From contig NZ_AP028907.1 in NCBI RefSeq assembly GCF_036323395.1, positions 30,001 through 62,000 of the forward strand: a DNA stretch of 32,000 nucleotides, in the 5' to 3' direction. The notes beneath the pieces were generated by a model, which searched no databases, had not been told where the DNA came from, and saw only the letters and a list, made by a program, of their open reading frames with translations. Both the position numbers and the translations under genes were made by a program. Origin of the DNA: Pyrodictium abyssi (GTDB lineage Archaea; Thermoproteota; Thermoprotei_A; Sulfolobales; Pyrodictiaceae). Every line of letters begins with the position of its first letter. Position 1 is the first letter of the stretch. Below are positions 1-7,825 of this stretch, piece after piece.

Positions 1-2
1 AC

Positions 3-149
3 GATTTAAAGAAGCTCCGGGGCTTCGAGGACACCTTTAGAATCCGCTTAGGCTGCGTAAGGGTCGTCTACAGCGTTGACTAGGCCTCGGGGACAATTAT
101 AGTGCACTTCATAGGCTCCAGGAGCAGAGCCTACAAGCACACGACATAG
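3..149 (+). pseudogene. RelE/ParE-family toxin, C-terminal fragment (5' end outside the window) with an in-frame TAG at 81-83
   Basis: Frame 3 reads DLKKLRGFEDTFRIRLGCVRVVYSVD*ASGTIIVHFIGSRSRAYKHTT*. The RelE/ParE C-terminal pattern (L.G...yR.RvG.yRvvY.vd...i.v..ig.R..aY) continues across the stop. Confidence 0.5.
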
Positions 150-472
150 CACGCCGCCACCTATCGCCATGGGTCCTGGTGCATGTAGCGAACCCCCGGC
201 AATGCGTGTTCGCGGCATTACGGTAAGTGGTAATCAGTGTACACGGGGATACGCGGCTATATTGTTACCACTATTACAGCCTGAAGCATATTGTCATTGA
301 CGCTATAGTAGTCGTAGTCGTCGCCGCTGTTGCGGCAGCCATTCCGACCCGAGTTCAAATCCAACGCCGATTACTAGTATGTATCTAGTATCTACTCTAG
401 TTCCGCGTTTCCTCATAGCAGGCGAAAACAACCTTACCGTAGGACAGTAAAGAGTATTGAAAGAAGCGACAC

Positions 473-751
473 ATGGCTATTAAATTGTCTTGGCTTTATA
501 TTATTAGGGAAGTGGGGCAGGGACATGCCTTGGTGCGCCGCTGCGTCTGGCTTGACGGCTCGCTGCTGAAGGCGTGCCGGGTGCTAAGGGCCCGGCTCGG
601 GCCCCTAGGCTACCGCGCGATATGCCGTAGCGGCCTCCCCGACGGGGCTATAGACGCTATGGCTGCCAGGGCTGGCTGCGCTGTGGCGACCAGCGACGAG
701 CACATAGTGAGAGCAGTCATGGAGGCATGCTGGGCCAAGATACCACAGTAG
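473..751 (+). CDS. Small PIN-like protein (Mut7-C/DUF5615-like); the true start may be the GTG at 533
   Basis: CVWLDGSLLKACRVLRARLGPLGYRA...DGAIDAMAARAGCAVATSDEHIVRAV fits the pattern f.lD..L..La..L...Gy.a......D..I...A...g..l.T.D of PIN-like DUF5615/Mut7-C domains. The protein is short, so this is tentative. Confidence 0.4.
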   Translation: MAIKLSWLYIIREVGQGHALVRRCVWLDGSLLKACRVLRARLGPLGYRAICRSGLPDGAIDAMAARAGCAVATSDEHIVRAVMEACWAKIPQ

Positions 752-928
752 TACGCCGAGAAGAAGAGCACCAGAGGCCTCGCCACACATATACTCAAGC
801 AGCCTCCACAAGCGCAGTACTGGGGCCGATGAGCCGGGGAGGGTCGTGCCGTAGCGTCCCGTGTACCGGGGTACTGGCTGGGAGGCTGTCCCCCTGGCCC
901 GCGGGAGTGTGGCGGCGAGGCCCCCGGG

Positions 929-1726
929 CTACAGTTCGTCGTCAAAATCGAAGTCTGGCGCCTCCCTGGCTACGCGCAGCGACGCCATATGTAGGGCTGC
1001 CTCGAGCCCCTTTAGCTCGGTGTAGGCCTCGCGCACTCTCCTGGGCTCTAGCCGGCCGGTGCCGGCCAGGTATAGGAGAGCGTCGTACACCAGCGGCCGT
1101 GCCGTGTAGGGCCCGGGCAGGGTCTCTAGGAGCGGGCTAAGGGCGCCCTCTAGCTCGCTAAACGCGTCTAGCACCTTGTCGAATGCCCTCTCGTCCCTCC
1201 TCTCCACCATCTCCTCCAGCGCCTCGGGGCTGCGGGGAACACTGCTGCTATCCACCCCGAACAGCTCTGCAAGCCTGTGGAAGCCTCGGAGGTTGGCCGC
1301 GTAGGTGACGTATACGCGCTCCGGGTCGAGCACGAAGAGGATCTCGGAGGCCTGGCCCACGCCGAGGCCGAGCTCCACGAGGGAGGCCAGCGCCTCAAAC
1401 ACGCCCAGGGAGCCAGCTATGTAGCTCCTTAGGGTGGCCTGGAGCCTCTCCAGAGCCTCCGCGCTGAGCCGGGCCCGGGGCCTCGCCCATAGAGCGTCTA
1501 GCGCGCGCTCCGCCACGGCCGAGGCTTCGCCGCCGCGTAGAGAGGCGAGCATCGACACGAGCTGCTTTAGGTACGCGTACTTGCACGCCGCCCCATCGCA
1601 GCTCAGGGAGCCCTTCATGTTTTCCGGGGCACCATCACGGTATAGGAAGCCCACGAGAGCCGAGAACACCTCGGCTAGCGCGGACCCCGGCACGGCGAGC
1701 CACCGCACAGGAGTAGCACACGGCAC
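929..1726 (-). CDS. Hypothetical protein with an acidic C-terminus (...APDFDFDDEL); start uncertain (GTG at 1726 or 1708)
   Basis: This is the coherent C-terminal third of the 617-aa track ORF. It lies downstream of the ADH stop at 1753-1755. A TATATA element at about 1733-1738 (minus) sits just upstream. I recognised no family. Confidence 0.55.
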   Translation of the reverse strand: MPCATPVRWLAVPGSALAEVFSALVGFLYRDGAPENMKGSLSCDGAACKYAYLKQLVSMLASLRGGEASAVAERALDALWARPRARLSAEALERLQATLRSYIAGSLGVFEALASLVELGLGVGQASEILFVLDPERVYVTYAANLRGFHRLAELFGVDSSSVPRSPEALEEMVERRDERAFDKVLDAFSELEGALSPLLETLPGPYTARPLVYDALLYLAGTGRLEPRRVREAYTELKGLEAALHMASLRVAREAPDFDFDDEL

Positions 1727-1752
1727 ATACGCTATATAGACTGCCCCTGGGG

Positions 1753-2782
1753 CTAGGGCGGCTCGTAGCCCGTCTCGACAAGCACCTTGACGCTGCTGCG
1801 CTCCAGCGCCTTCTCGAAGGCCTCCCGCGCGTTCCTGAGCCCTCGCACCCGGTGTGTGACCACGGGCTCCACTATGCGCTCCCGGAGCAGCCGGAGCGCA
1901 TCCTCGAACTCGCGCCATGTGCCGCACCGGGTCCCGACTATGCGGATCTCCTCGACCACCGCCCTGGTCTGGGGCAGCCATGCGCCCCCGCCGTGGGTGG
2001 ACTTGACGTGCACCGTGGCCAGGGGCGCCGCCTCCACTGCCAGGCCTAGGCCCTCGCCGCTGCCAGTCGCCTCGAAGACGACCTCGTAGCCTAGGCCCCA
2101 CGGGGTCTCCTCGGCTACGGCCTCCTCTAGCTCGTCTACCCAGCGCACCCGCAGCCCAAGAGACTCGAGGATCCGGGCCTTGGGGCTGCCGCGGCGCGAA
2201 TACGGTGACGCGGAGCCGGTACACCTTCTCCATGACCTGGGCGGCTAGGAGCGTTAGGCTCCCAGAGCCCATCACGGCCGCCGGGGCTCCGGGCCGGGGC
2301 GGGTAGAGGGTGAACGCCCGGAGCACCGCAGCCAGGGGCTCAGCGAAGACCGCCCTCCAGGGCTCGAGCCCCTGGGCGTCGTGGAGCACGTGGACCGGAG
2401 CCACGAAGTACTCGGCCATGGCCCCGTCCACGTCTATGCCGAGCACCCGGCGCCCCGGGCAGTGCGTGTACATGCTCCGGCAGGGCTCCCTCCACAGCAG
2501 CCCCGGCTCCACCAGGTTGATCTCCGGCACCACGAGCCTCCCGACGAGGCGCTCGTGGCCCGGCGGCGCGGAGACAACCACGCCCACAGCCTCATGGCCA
2601 GGCGTCAACGGGACACGGCGCAGCCGGTAGCCCCCAGTGTACATCGCCTTGTCCGTGCCACAGACCTCCACCGCCACGGTGCGGACCAGAGCCCAGCTCG
2701 GAGGCGCCTCGGGGACCGGCACCCTCTCGACACGGAGGTCCCAGGGCCCGTAAAGCCGAGCAGCAAGCATAGATGCCAACAC
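1753..2782 (-). pseudogene. Zn-dependent alcohol/threonine dehydrogenase (MDR superfamily) interrupted by a frameshift near 2185-2198
   Basis: The N-terminal part is in the frame of ORF 929..2782 and carries VCGTDKAMYTG, GHEAVGVV and a Rossmann segment AAVMGSGSLTLLAAQV...RVTVFA. The C-terminal part is in the frame of ORF 1753..2148 (SPKARILESLGLRVRWVDELEE...THRVRGLRNAREAFEKAL...VKVLVE). The two parts join only if one nucleotide is removed around gcgccgcgg. Confidence 0.8.
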
Positions 2783-2813
2783 CAGAGCACCCCGAGCCGC
2801 AAGACCCGCCTCC

Positions 2814-3152
2814 TCAGCTCTCTTGAGCCAGGCCCAGCGGCAGCCACGGCGCCAGCACTACGGCCGACGAGAGCAGAGCCGCCGAGACAGCCGCGGCGTA
2901 GACCGTGTAGGCCGCTGGGCCGCCCCGCACCACGACAGCTAGGGCGAAGAGAACTAGAAGCGGGTAGGTGTACAGCGGTATCCCGCCCAGACAACGCCTC
3001 GTAGCGCCGTTGAGCACCCTCCTAGCGTCCTCCACCACGAGCATCTCCATGACCCCTAGGAGGAGCAGCGTGAGCCCCGCCAGCCTGCCCACAGCCACCA
3101 GCCCGCCGGCGCCCACCCGTAGCGCCTGCGTCAACAGAGCAGAGTAGACCAC
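2814..3152 (-). CDS. Hypothetical membrane protein (GTG start)
   Basis: A 112-aa ORF with about three hydrophobic helices (GLVAVGRLAGLTLLLLGV, IPLYTYPLLVLFALAVVV, AAAVSAALLSSAVVLAPWL). No family recognised. The upstream region is compositionally ambiguous. Confidence 0.4.
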   Translation of the reverse strand: MVYSALLTQALRVGAGGLVAVGRLAGLTLLLLGVMEMLVVEDARRVLNGATRRCLGGIPLYTYPLLVLFALAVVVRGGPAAYTVYAAAVSAALLSSAVVLAPWLPLGLAQES

Positions 3153-3831
3153 CCCCAGCAGCCCAGAGGAGCCGCCGACGCCAGCAGCCTGGGCCCGAGA
3201 CGAAGAACGTAGCAGCTAGGAGGATCCACGAAGGGCTTCGAGGGGTCGAGTAGCCCTCCCAGACGCAGCACAACCAAGCTCGCATCGAAAAGGGTCAACG
3301 TAGACAACACGACAAGCGGGTAGAGCCCGCCACCCGCACGAGAAGAGCCGTGAACGAACCCGGCCGCCCCTGCACGCGCCTAGGACGCACCAACCGCCAC
3401 CACTCCATAGAAGTGCTAGACCATATAGTGGGCCCGAAGTGTCCACCACAACAAAGCACGCAGACAAGCCACAGGCAGGCACTGCAGCAGAGAACCAAGC
3501 ACCCTCCCGTAACCCAGATTACACCAGCACCCGGCAACAGAGACAAACCCGGGGCACCACAGAGTCCCCACACGAAGCACCAAGAGGAGCCCCCGCAGGG
3601 AGGCTGCAGGCCACATGGCCCTCGCCGGGAGGCCCAAGCGGGGTAGATACGTATAGTACACGGGCTACGCCGCGCCATAGCCATGGCCCTAGCAGTGCTC
3701 TTCACCTACAAAGCTCTGAAGGAAGCAGCCACAGACCCCATCTGGAGCCTCATATACATCCTCATAAGCCTAGAATACCTCACAGAAACACCAACACTCT
3801 CAACAAAGAAGCAATAAACAGGGAGACAACA

Positions 3832-4980
3832 CTACTCTATCAGCCGGAACTTCTTCAACGCCTCAGCAACGTCATGGGGCTGCGTATCCCACTCGTTACG
3901 CCACGGATCAAACATCTCAACCGGAGTAGGAACAGCCACAGACCCCAGCACAGTGTTCTCCGAGTACACCTTACCGCTACAGTACTCCTCGATAAACCCG
4001 GTCAACAACGGACGTATCTCATTATTCACAAGGAAAGTCGCTATAACACGCTCCTCCCCTATAAACAGCTGTGGCGCCGACAACGTGGAGGCAGCAAGCA
4101 CATACAGCTGCTCCGCGCAATCCCCGCCAGCCACAACCATCGATACACCCACATCACCACGACCACCGTTATGGAGCACAGCACCTAGCCAAGTACGGCC
4201 AATATATCCTTTTTCGCTCAAACGGTCATAGTGGCTCTTCATGTAGCGAAGCCTAAGAGCAGCATCCGGAGGCAACTTCCTAGTTATGTCCTCTACACGC
4301 GCTCTAGCTAGCAAATTAACGCTACGCAAGTCAATGTTTCTTAAGAGCGGATAGTATTCCACCATTGTAACCACTATGACGTCTACAAACCTCATACGAG
4401 AATTCAACGGGGTAAACCTAGCAACATTTTCAAATGTATCGGCATGCATACTATAGGTTTCCCGAATATCATCTAGGCTTCTAGCAATTCTCCCGACACA
4501 ATTATACACAGGAACAGCGTAACCTACGTCAACAAAAGATATTCTATCCCCTAGACTTTCCTTGAACCCGTCCACGAGTTCAGGAACAAACCTCTTAGGA
4601 ACCTTATATGTTAGCAGCATCTTGCCCCCGAAGAGCCTGGAAACAGACACCAGGTAGCGTACCAGAGGCAGTTCGAGCTGGAACCACGCGTTCATTGAGC
4701 GCTCCTGGCGTATAGCGTTGAACTTCCTTGCAAGCTCCTCAGCGCCATGCACCATTGCTATAACTGACTGTAGGCCTATAGCCCTGTGGTCCACGAGAGC
4801 CATCGTTGACCTGCGGTGTTTCTTTATGTTTTCTAGCTCTATTTTCCGTACACGGCGTATGATTGCGCGCAGGTGCTGGTCTGTTATGCCCATTCTGTCT
4901 GCCATCTCGACTGCGCTAACCCTGAAATCGTAGCACGATAGTAGTGCTGCCACTATGTCTAGGTCTTTGTGTATCTTCAA
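3832..4980 (-). CDS. Putative transcriptional regulator with an N-terminal HTH and two Lrp/AsnC-like modules
   Basis: A clean 382-aa ORF. It has an HTH (VEMADRMGITDQHLRAIIRRVRK). A second module reads YMKSHYDRLSEKGYIGRTWLGAVLHNGGRGDVGVSMVVAGG, which follows the Lrp pattern L.e.G.I.g..a.l.....g....a.v.v. The first module reads MALVDHRAIGLQSVIAMVHG. GC is clearly lower than in neighbouring genes. Confidence 0.7.
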   Translation of the reverse strand: MKIHKDLDIVAALLSCYDFRVSAVEMADRMGITDQHLRAIIRRVRKIELENIKKHRRSTMALVDHRAIGLQSVIAMVHGAEELARKFNAIRQERSMNAWFQLELPLVRYLVSVSRLFGGKMLLTYKVPKRFVPELVDGFKESLGDRISFVDVGYAVPVYNCVGRIARSLDDIRETYSMHADTFENVARFTPLNSRMRFVDVIVVTMVEYYPLLRNIDLRSVNLLARARVEDITRKLPPDAALRLRYMKSHYDRLSEKGYIGRTWLGAVLHNGGRGDVGVSMVVAGGDCAEQLYVLAASTLSAPQLFIGEERVIATFLVNNEIRPLLTGFIEEYCSGKVYSENTVLGSVAVPTPVEMFDPWRNEWDTQPHDVAEALKKFRLIE

Positions 4981-5343
4981 TTTTCCCGTCCTCGGGGTAT
5001 TACGCTCAACATGCGTGCAAGGTAAACCAGTCCTCTCTACCCACTCAGAGCCTGGACAGCCCGGGCAGAGGGGTGTGGAAAAGCCATGTACGAGCCCTAC
5101 GACGTTCCTGTCCCGGTACTCTAAGCTCTGGGCGCCCGGCCGGGCCCCTGGGGGAGGGAGGGTTCATCCCCCCGGCCGCTCGCCCTCCCTTCCCCTGGGG
5201 GCCGCGTGGGCCCACGGGGTACGCGTCCACCCTTTTTCCTCCCGGTTCCTCCCGGGTGTTGTGCAGTGGGTGGTGGTTCCTCTTCTCGGCTACGCATCTA
5301 TGGCCGGGTTTTGGTTGTTCCGGGGCTCTGGGCTGTCTCCGTG

Positions 5344-5631
5344 TTACGCGCTGGCACGTACCAGCTTCTTCTCCAGTACGCGCCAGAGTATGCGTGCCTT
5401 GAGCTGTCCCATGAGTGTTTCTATTAGCGTGTACGCCTGCTGGGGGTCTTCGAGTAGTAGGCGGGTGAAGGGTTTGCCGTAGCGGTTCTGGGCGTGGTAG
5501 TTTAGTACTGTGGTTATCCCGGGGCCTATGCGCTGGACTATTTCCTCTACTATGGCCTCGTTTACTGGTGGTGGTGTGGGTAGTGTTACCGCAGCAATTA
5601 TGCCCACCCCGCGCCCCCGGGTGGGTAGCAT
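5344..5631 (-). CDS. Small conserved-looking hypothetical protein (95 aa from the ATG at 5631)
   Basis: The C-terminal 80 aa read coherently: VNEAIVEEIVQRIGPGITTVLNYHAQNRYGKPFTRLLLEDPQQAYTLIETLMGQLKARILWRVLEKKL. A TATA-like cttataaa lies about 60 nt upstream on the minus strand. It is divergent from aor. Confidence 0.55.
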   Translation of the reverse strand: MLPTRGRGVGIIAAVTLPTPPPVNEAIVEEIVQRIGPGITTVLNYHAQNRYGKPFTRLLLEDPQQAYTLIETLMGQLKARILWRVLEKKLVRASA

Positions 5632-5840
5632 AGGCGGGTAGTGTGGTTTAGTCTGAGGTGGCGTGGTTCTCCTGTGGGGAAGGCTCGCTGGGTTTATAAG
5701 CTGGTTTCGCGCGGCTATTTCGGGCATTATGCTCGTCTACGCTATTTATCCTACCGGCTCCCGTGCTGTCCTGTGGGGTGGTCTCATCCGGCTGGTTTTT
5801 GACCCCCTGGGCTGGGGCCGCGTGTCCTGGTGTCCACACG

Positions 5841-7682
5841 GTGGGTTCTACTCAGAAGTTGCCCGGCTGGAGCAAGAGGATACTCTGGGTCGACCTGTCG
5901 CGGGGCGTGTTCAGGGAGTGGCGCTACCCTGGCGAGATGGCGCTTATGTTCCTTGGGGGCCGCGGGTTCGCGGCCAAGATCCTCTGGGACTTCCTCGAGC
6001 CGGGGGTTGACCCCCTGGGGCCCCGTAACCTGTTCGTGGCGGCTGTGGGGCCTCTTACCGGGCTCCCTGGGCCGAATACGGGCAAGCTCGTTGTTGCGGC
6101 TAAGAGCCCGCTCACCGGGGGCTACGGCGACGGCAACATAGGCTCGTGGGCTGCGGTGCAGATGAGGGCTGCTGGCTGGGACGCGATAGTCCTGGAGGGC
6201 GCCTCGGAGAAGCCCGTGGTGCTCGTCGTGGAGGACGACCGTGCCTGGCTCGAGCCGGCGGAGGACCTCTGGGGGCTCGACGCGTTCCGGGCCTACGACA
6301 AGCTAGTGGAGCGGTATGGCCGCAGCGCGGGGATACTGCTGATAGGCCCTGCCGGCGAGAACATGGTGCGCTACGCCACCGTGGTCTCCATGAAGGGCCG
6401 CGCCGGCGGCAGGCCCGGCATGGGCGCGGTGCTTGGGAGCAAGCGCGTCAAGGCCATCGTGGTGCGTGGGACGAAGCGTCCGGAGCTGTTCGACCCCGAG
6501 GCGGTTATGCGGGCTGCGGTGGAGGCGATAAGGGAGGTCAAGGCTAGCCCTAGCTTCGGGTTCTGGATGCGCCAGGGCACAATGTTCACCGTGGAGTGGG
6601 CGCAGGAGGCTAGCGTGCTCCCCGCCTACAACTTCCGCGAGGGCGTGTTCGAGGGCTACGAGGGGCTCAGCGGCAGCTACATGGAGCGGATAGAGGTGGA
6701 CCTGCGTAGCTGCCCCCTCTGCGTGATACCCTGCGGCCACGTGATAGAGGACGTGGAGGGCCGCCGCGTCGAGCTAGACTACGAGAACGTAGCCATGCTC
6801 GGCAGCAACCTCGGCGTGTCGAGGCTGGAGGAGGCGGGGCTCTTGAACAGGCTAGCAGACCTCTACGGCCTGGACACTATCAGCCTCGGCGGCACCCTGG
6901 GATACGCCCTAGAGGCCGCTGAGAGGGGCAAGCTGGAGCTAGACGCGGGCTGGGGTGAGGCCCGGAAGATAGCAGGGCTCGTGGAGGATATCGCTCTACG
7001 CCGTGGCGTCGGGGACCTGCTGGCGGAGGGCAGCGCCAGGGTATCTAGAAAGTTGGGCGAGACCTGGTACGCTATGCACGTCAAGGGCCTCGAGGTGAGC
7101 GCCTACGACTGCCACGCAGCGCCCGGCATGGCGCTCGCCTTCGCCACGAGCCCCATAGGGGCGCACCACAAGGACGCGTGGATGATCGGCTGGGAGATAC
7201 AGCACGGCCGCACAGAGTACAGCCGCGAGAAGGTGCGGAAGCTCATATGGATGCAGAGGTTCCGCGGCGGCCTATTCGAGGCAGCCGTAGCCTGCCGCTT
7301 CCCAGTGGTCGAGACCGGCCTCGGCCTAGAGCACTACCTGCGCCTCCTCCAGGCGGCGACAGGGCAGAGCCTCAGCCTAGACGACATCTACACCATAGCG
7401 GACAGGATATACGCCCTCATACGGATGATATGGGTCCGGGAACACGGCGGCTGGAGCACGGACATGGACATGCCCCCAGAGCGCTGGTTCCGCGAACCCC
7501 TCACCAAGGGCCCACTAAAGGGCGCACGGCTAGACCCCGACCGGTTCCGGGACATGCTCCAGATGTACTACGAGGAGCGCGGCTGGGCCCCCAACGGAGT
7601 CCCACGCCCAGACACGCTACACAGGCTAGGCCTACACGACGCCGCCAACCTAGCAGAGAGACACATGACCACCGCGAGCTAG
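5841..7682 (+). CDS. aor: Tungsten-containing aldehyde:ferredoxin oxidoreductase family protein (start GTG 5841 or TTG 5859)
   Basis: Full-length similarity to AOR: ILWVDLS...LGGRGFAAKILWD, GPLTG...KSPLTGGYGDGNIG, GPAGENMVRYA, GRAGGRPGMGAVLGSKRVKAIVV, the CPLCVIPCG cluster motif, LDTISLGGTLGYALE, and LP.RW/ YYEERGW at the C-terminus. Confidence 0.95.
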   Translation: MGSTQKLPGWSKRILWVDLSRGVFREWRYPGEMALMFLGGRGFAAKILWDFLEPGVDPLGPRNLFVAAVGPLTGLPGPNTGKLVVAAKSPLTGGYGDGNIGSWAAVQMRAAGWDAIVLEGASEKPVVLVVEDDRAWLEPAEDLWGLDAFRAYDKLVERYGRSAGILLIGPAGENMVRYATVVSMKGRAGGRPGMGAVLGSKRVKAIVVRGTKRPELFDPEAVMRAAVEAIREVKASPSFGFWMRQGTMFTVEWAQEASVLPAYNFREGVFEGYEGLSGSYMERIEVDLRSCPLCVIPCGHVIEDVEGRRVELDYENVAMLGSNLGVSRLEEAGLLNRLADLYGLDTISLGGTLGYALEAAERGKLELDAGWGEARKIAGLVEDIALRRGVGDLLAEGSARVSRKLGETWYAMHVKGLEVSAYDCHAAPGMALAFATSPIGAHHKDAWMIGWEIQHGRTEYSREKVRKLIWMQRFRGGLFEAAVACRFPVVETGLGLEHYLRLLQAATGQSLSLDDIYTIADRIYALIRMIWVREHGGWSTDMDMPPERWFREPLTKGPLKGARLDPDRFRDMLQMYYEERGWAPNGVPRPDTLHRLGLHDAANLAERHMTTAS

Positions 7683-7761
7683 TATAAAACGCAAAAACCC
7701 TCCGCCTTCCGCTTTTATACCCAACGCTTCTCGGGAGACCAGAATCCCGCGTAACAAATTA

Positions 7762-7768
7762 CTTATAC
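7762..7768 (+). promoter_or_regulatory. TATA-like element (cttatac) about 60 nt upstream of cannula-like gene 1; a second TTTTATAC lies at 7713-7720
   Basis: This is an A/T-rich hexamer in an otherwise GC-rich spacer. The paralog at 13459-13998 has the same two-element layout (-60 and -110). Confidence 0.3.
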
Positions 7769-7825
7769 CACCCACACAGCACACTACACACGACCAAAAC
7801 TCACATCTAGAAGGGTGTGTTGGCT

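Noticed and set aside
338-375. tRNA-like T-loop sequence GAGTTCAAATCC, suggesting a tRNA gene or an att-site half
   Set aside because: The flanking bases do not form a T-stem (ccgag versus ccaac). No complementary acceptor 5' strand (aatcggc) lies upstream, and no D-arm or anticodon arm can be drawn. At most it is a degenerate remnant.
929-2782. Single 617-aa protein as listed in the ORF track
   Set aside because: The middle 150 aa are Arg/Gly/Pro-rich out-of-frame read-through of the ADH C-terminal region. The true ADH C-terminus is in another frame (1753..2148), and the last 260 aa are a separate gene.
3350-4188. Plus-strand ORFs 3350..3646 and 3439..4188 as genes
   Set aside because: Their products are Pro/Thr/Gln/His/Arg-rich low-complexity strings. 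They exist only because the plus strand is nearly T-free here, and 3439..4188 runs antisense into the well-supported regulator gene.
4981-5343. SRP RNA or RNase P RNA in the GC-rich intergenic region
   Set aside because: I could not find the helix-8 GGUCCGGAAGG(A/G)AGCA-type motif, the UGUAAC Alu-domain motif in a proper context, or the RNase P GAGGAAAGUCC and ACAGAA P4 motifs on either strand.
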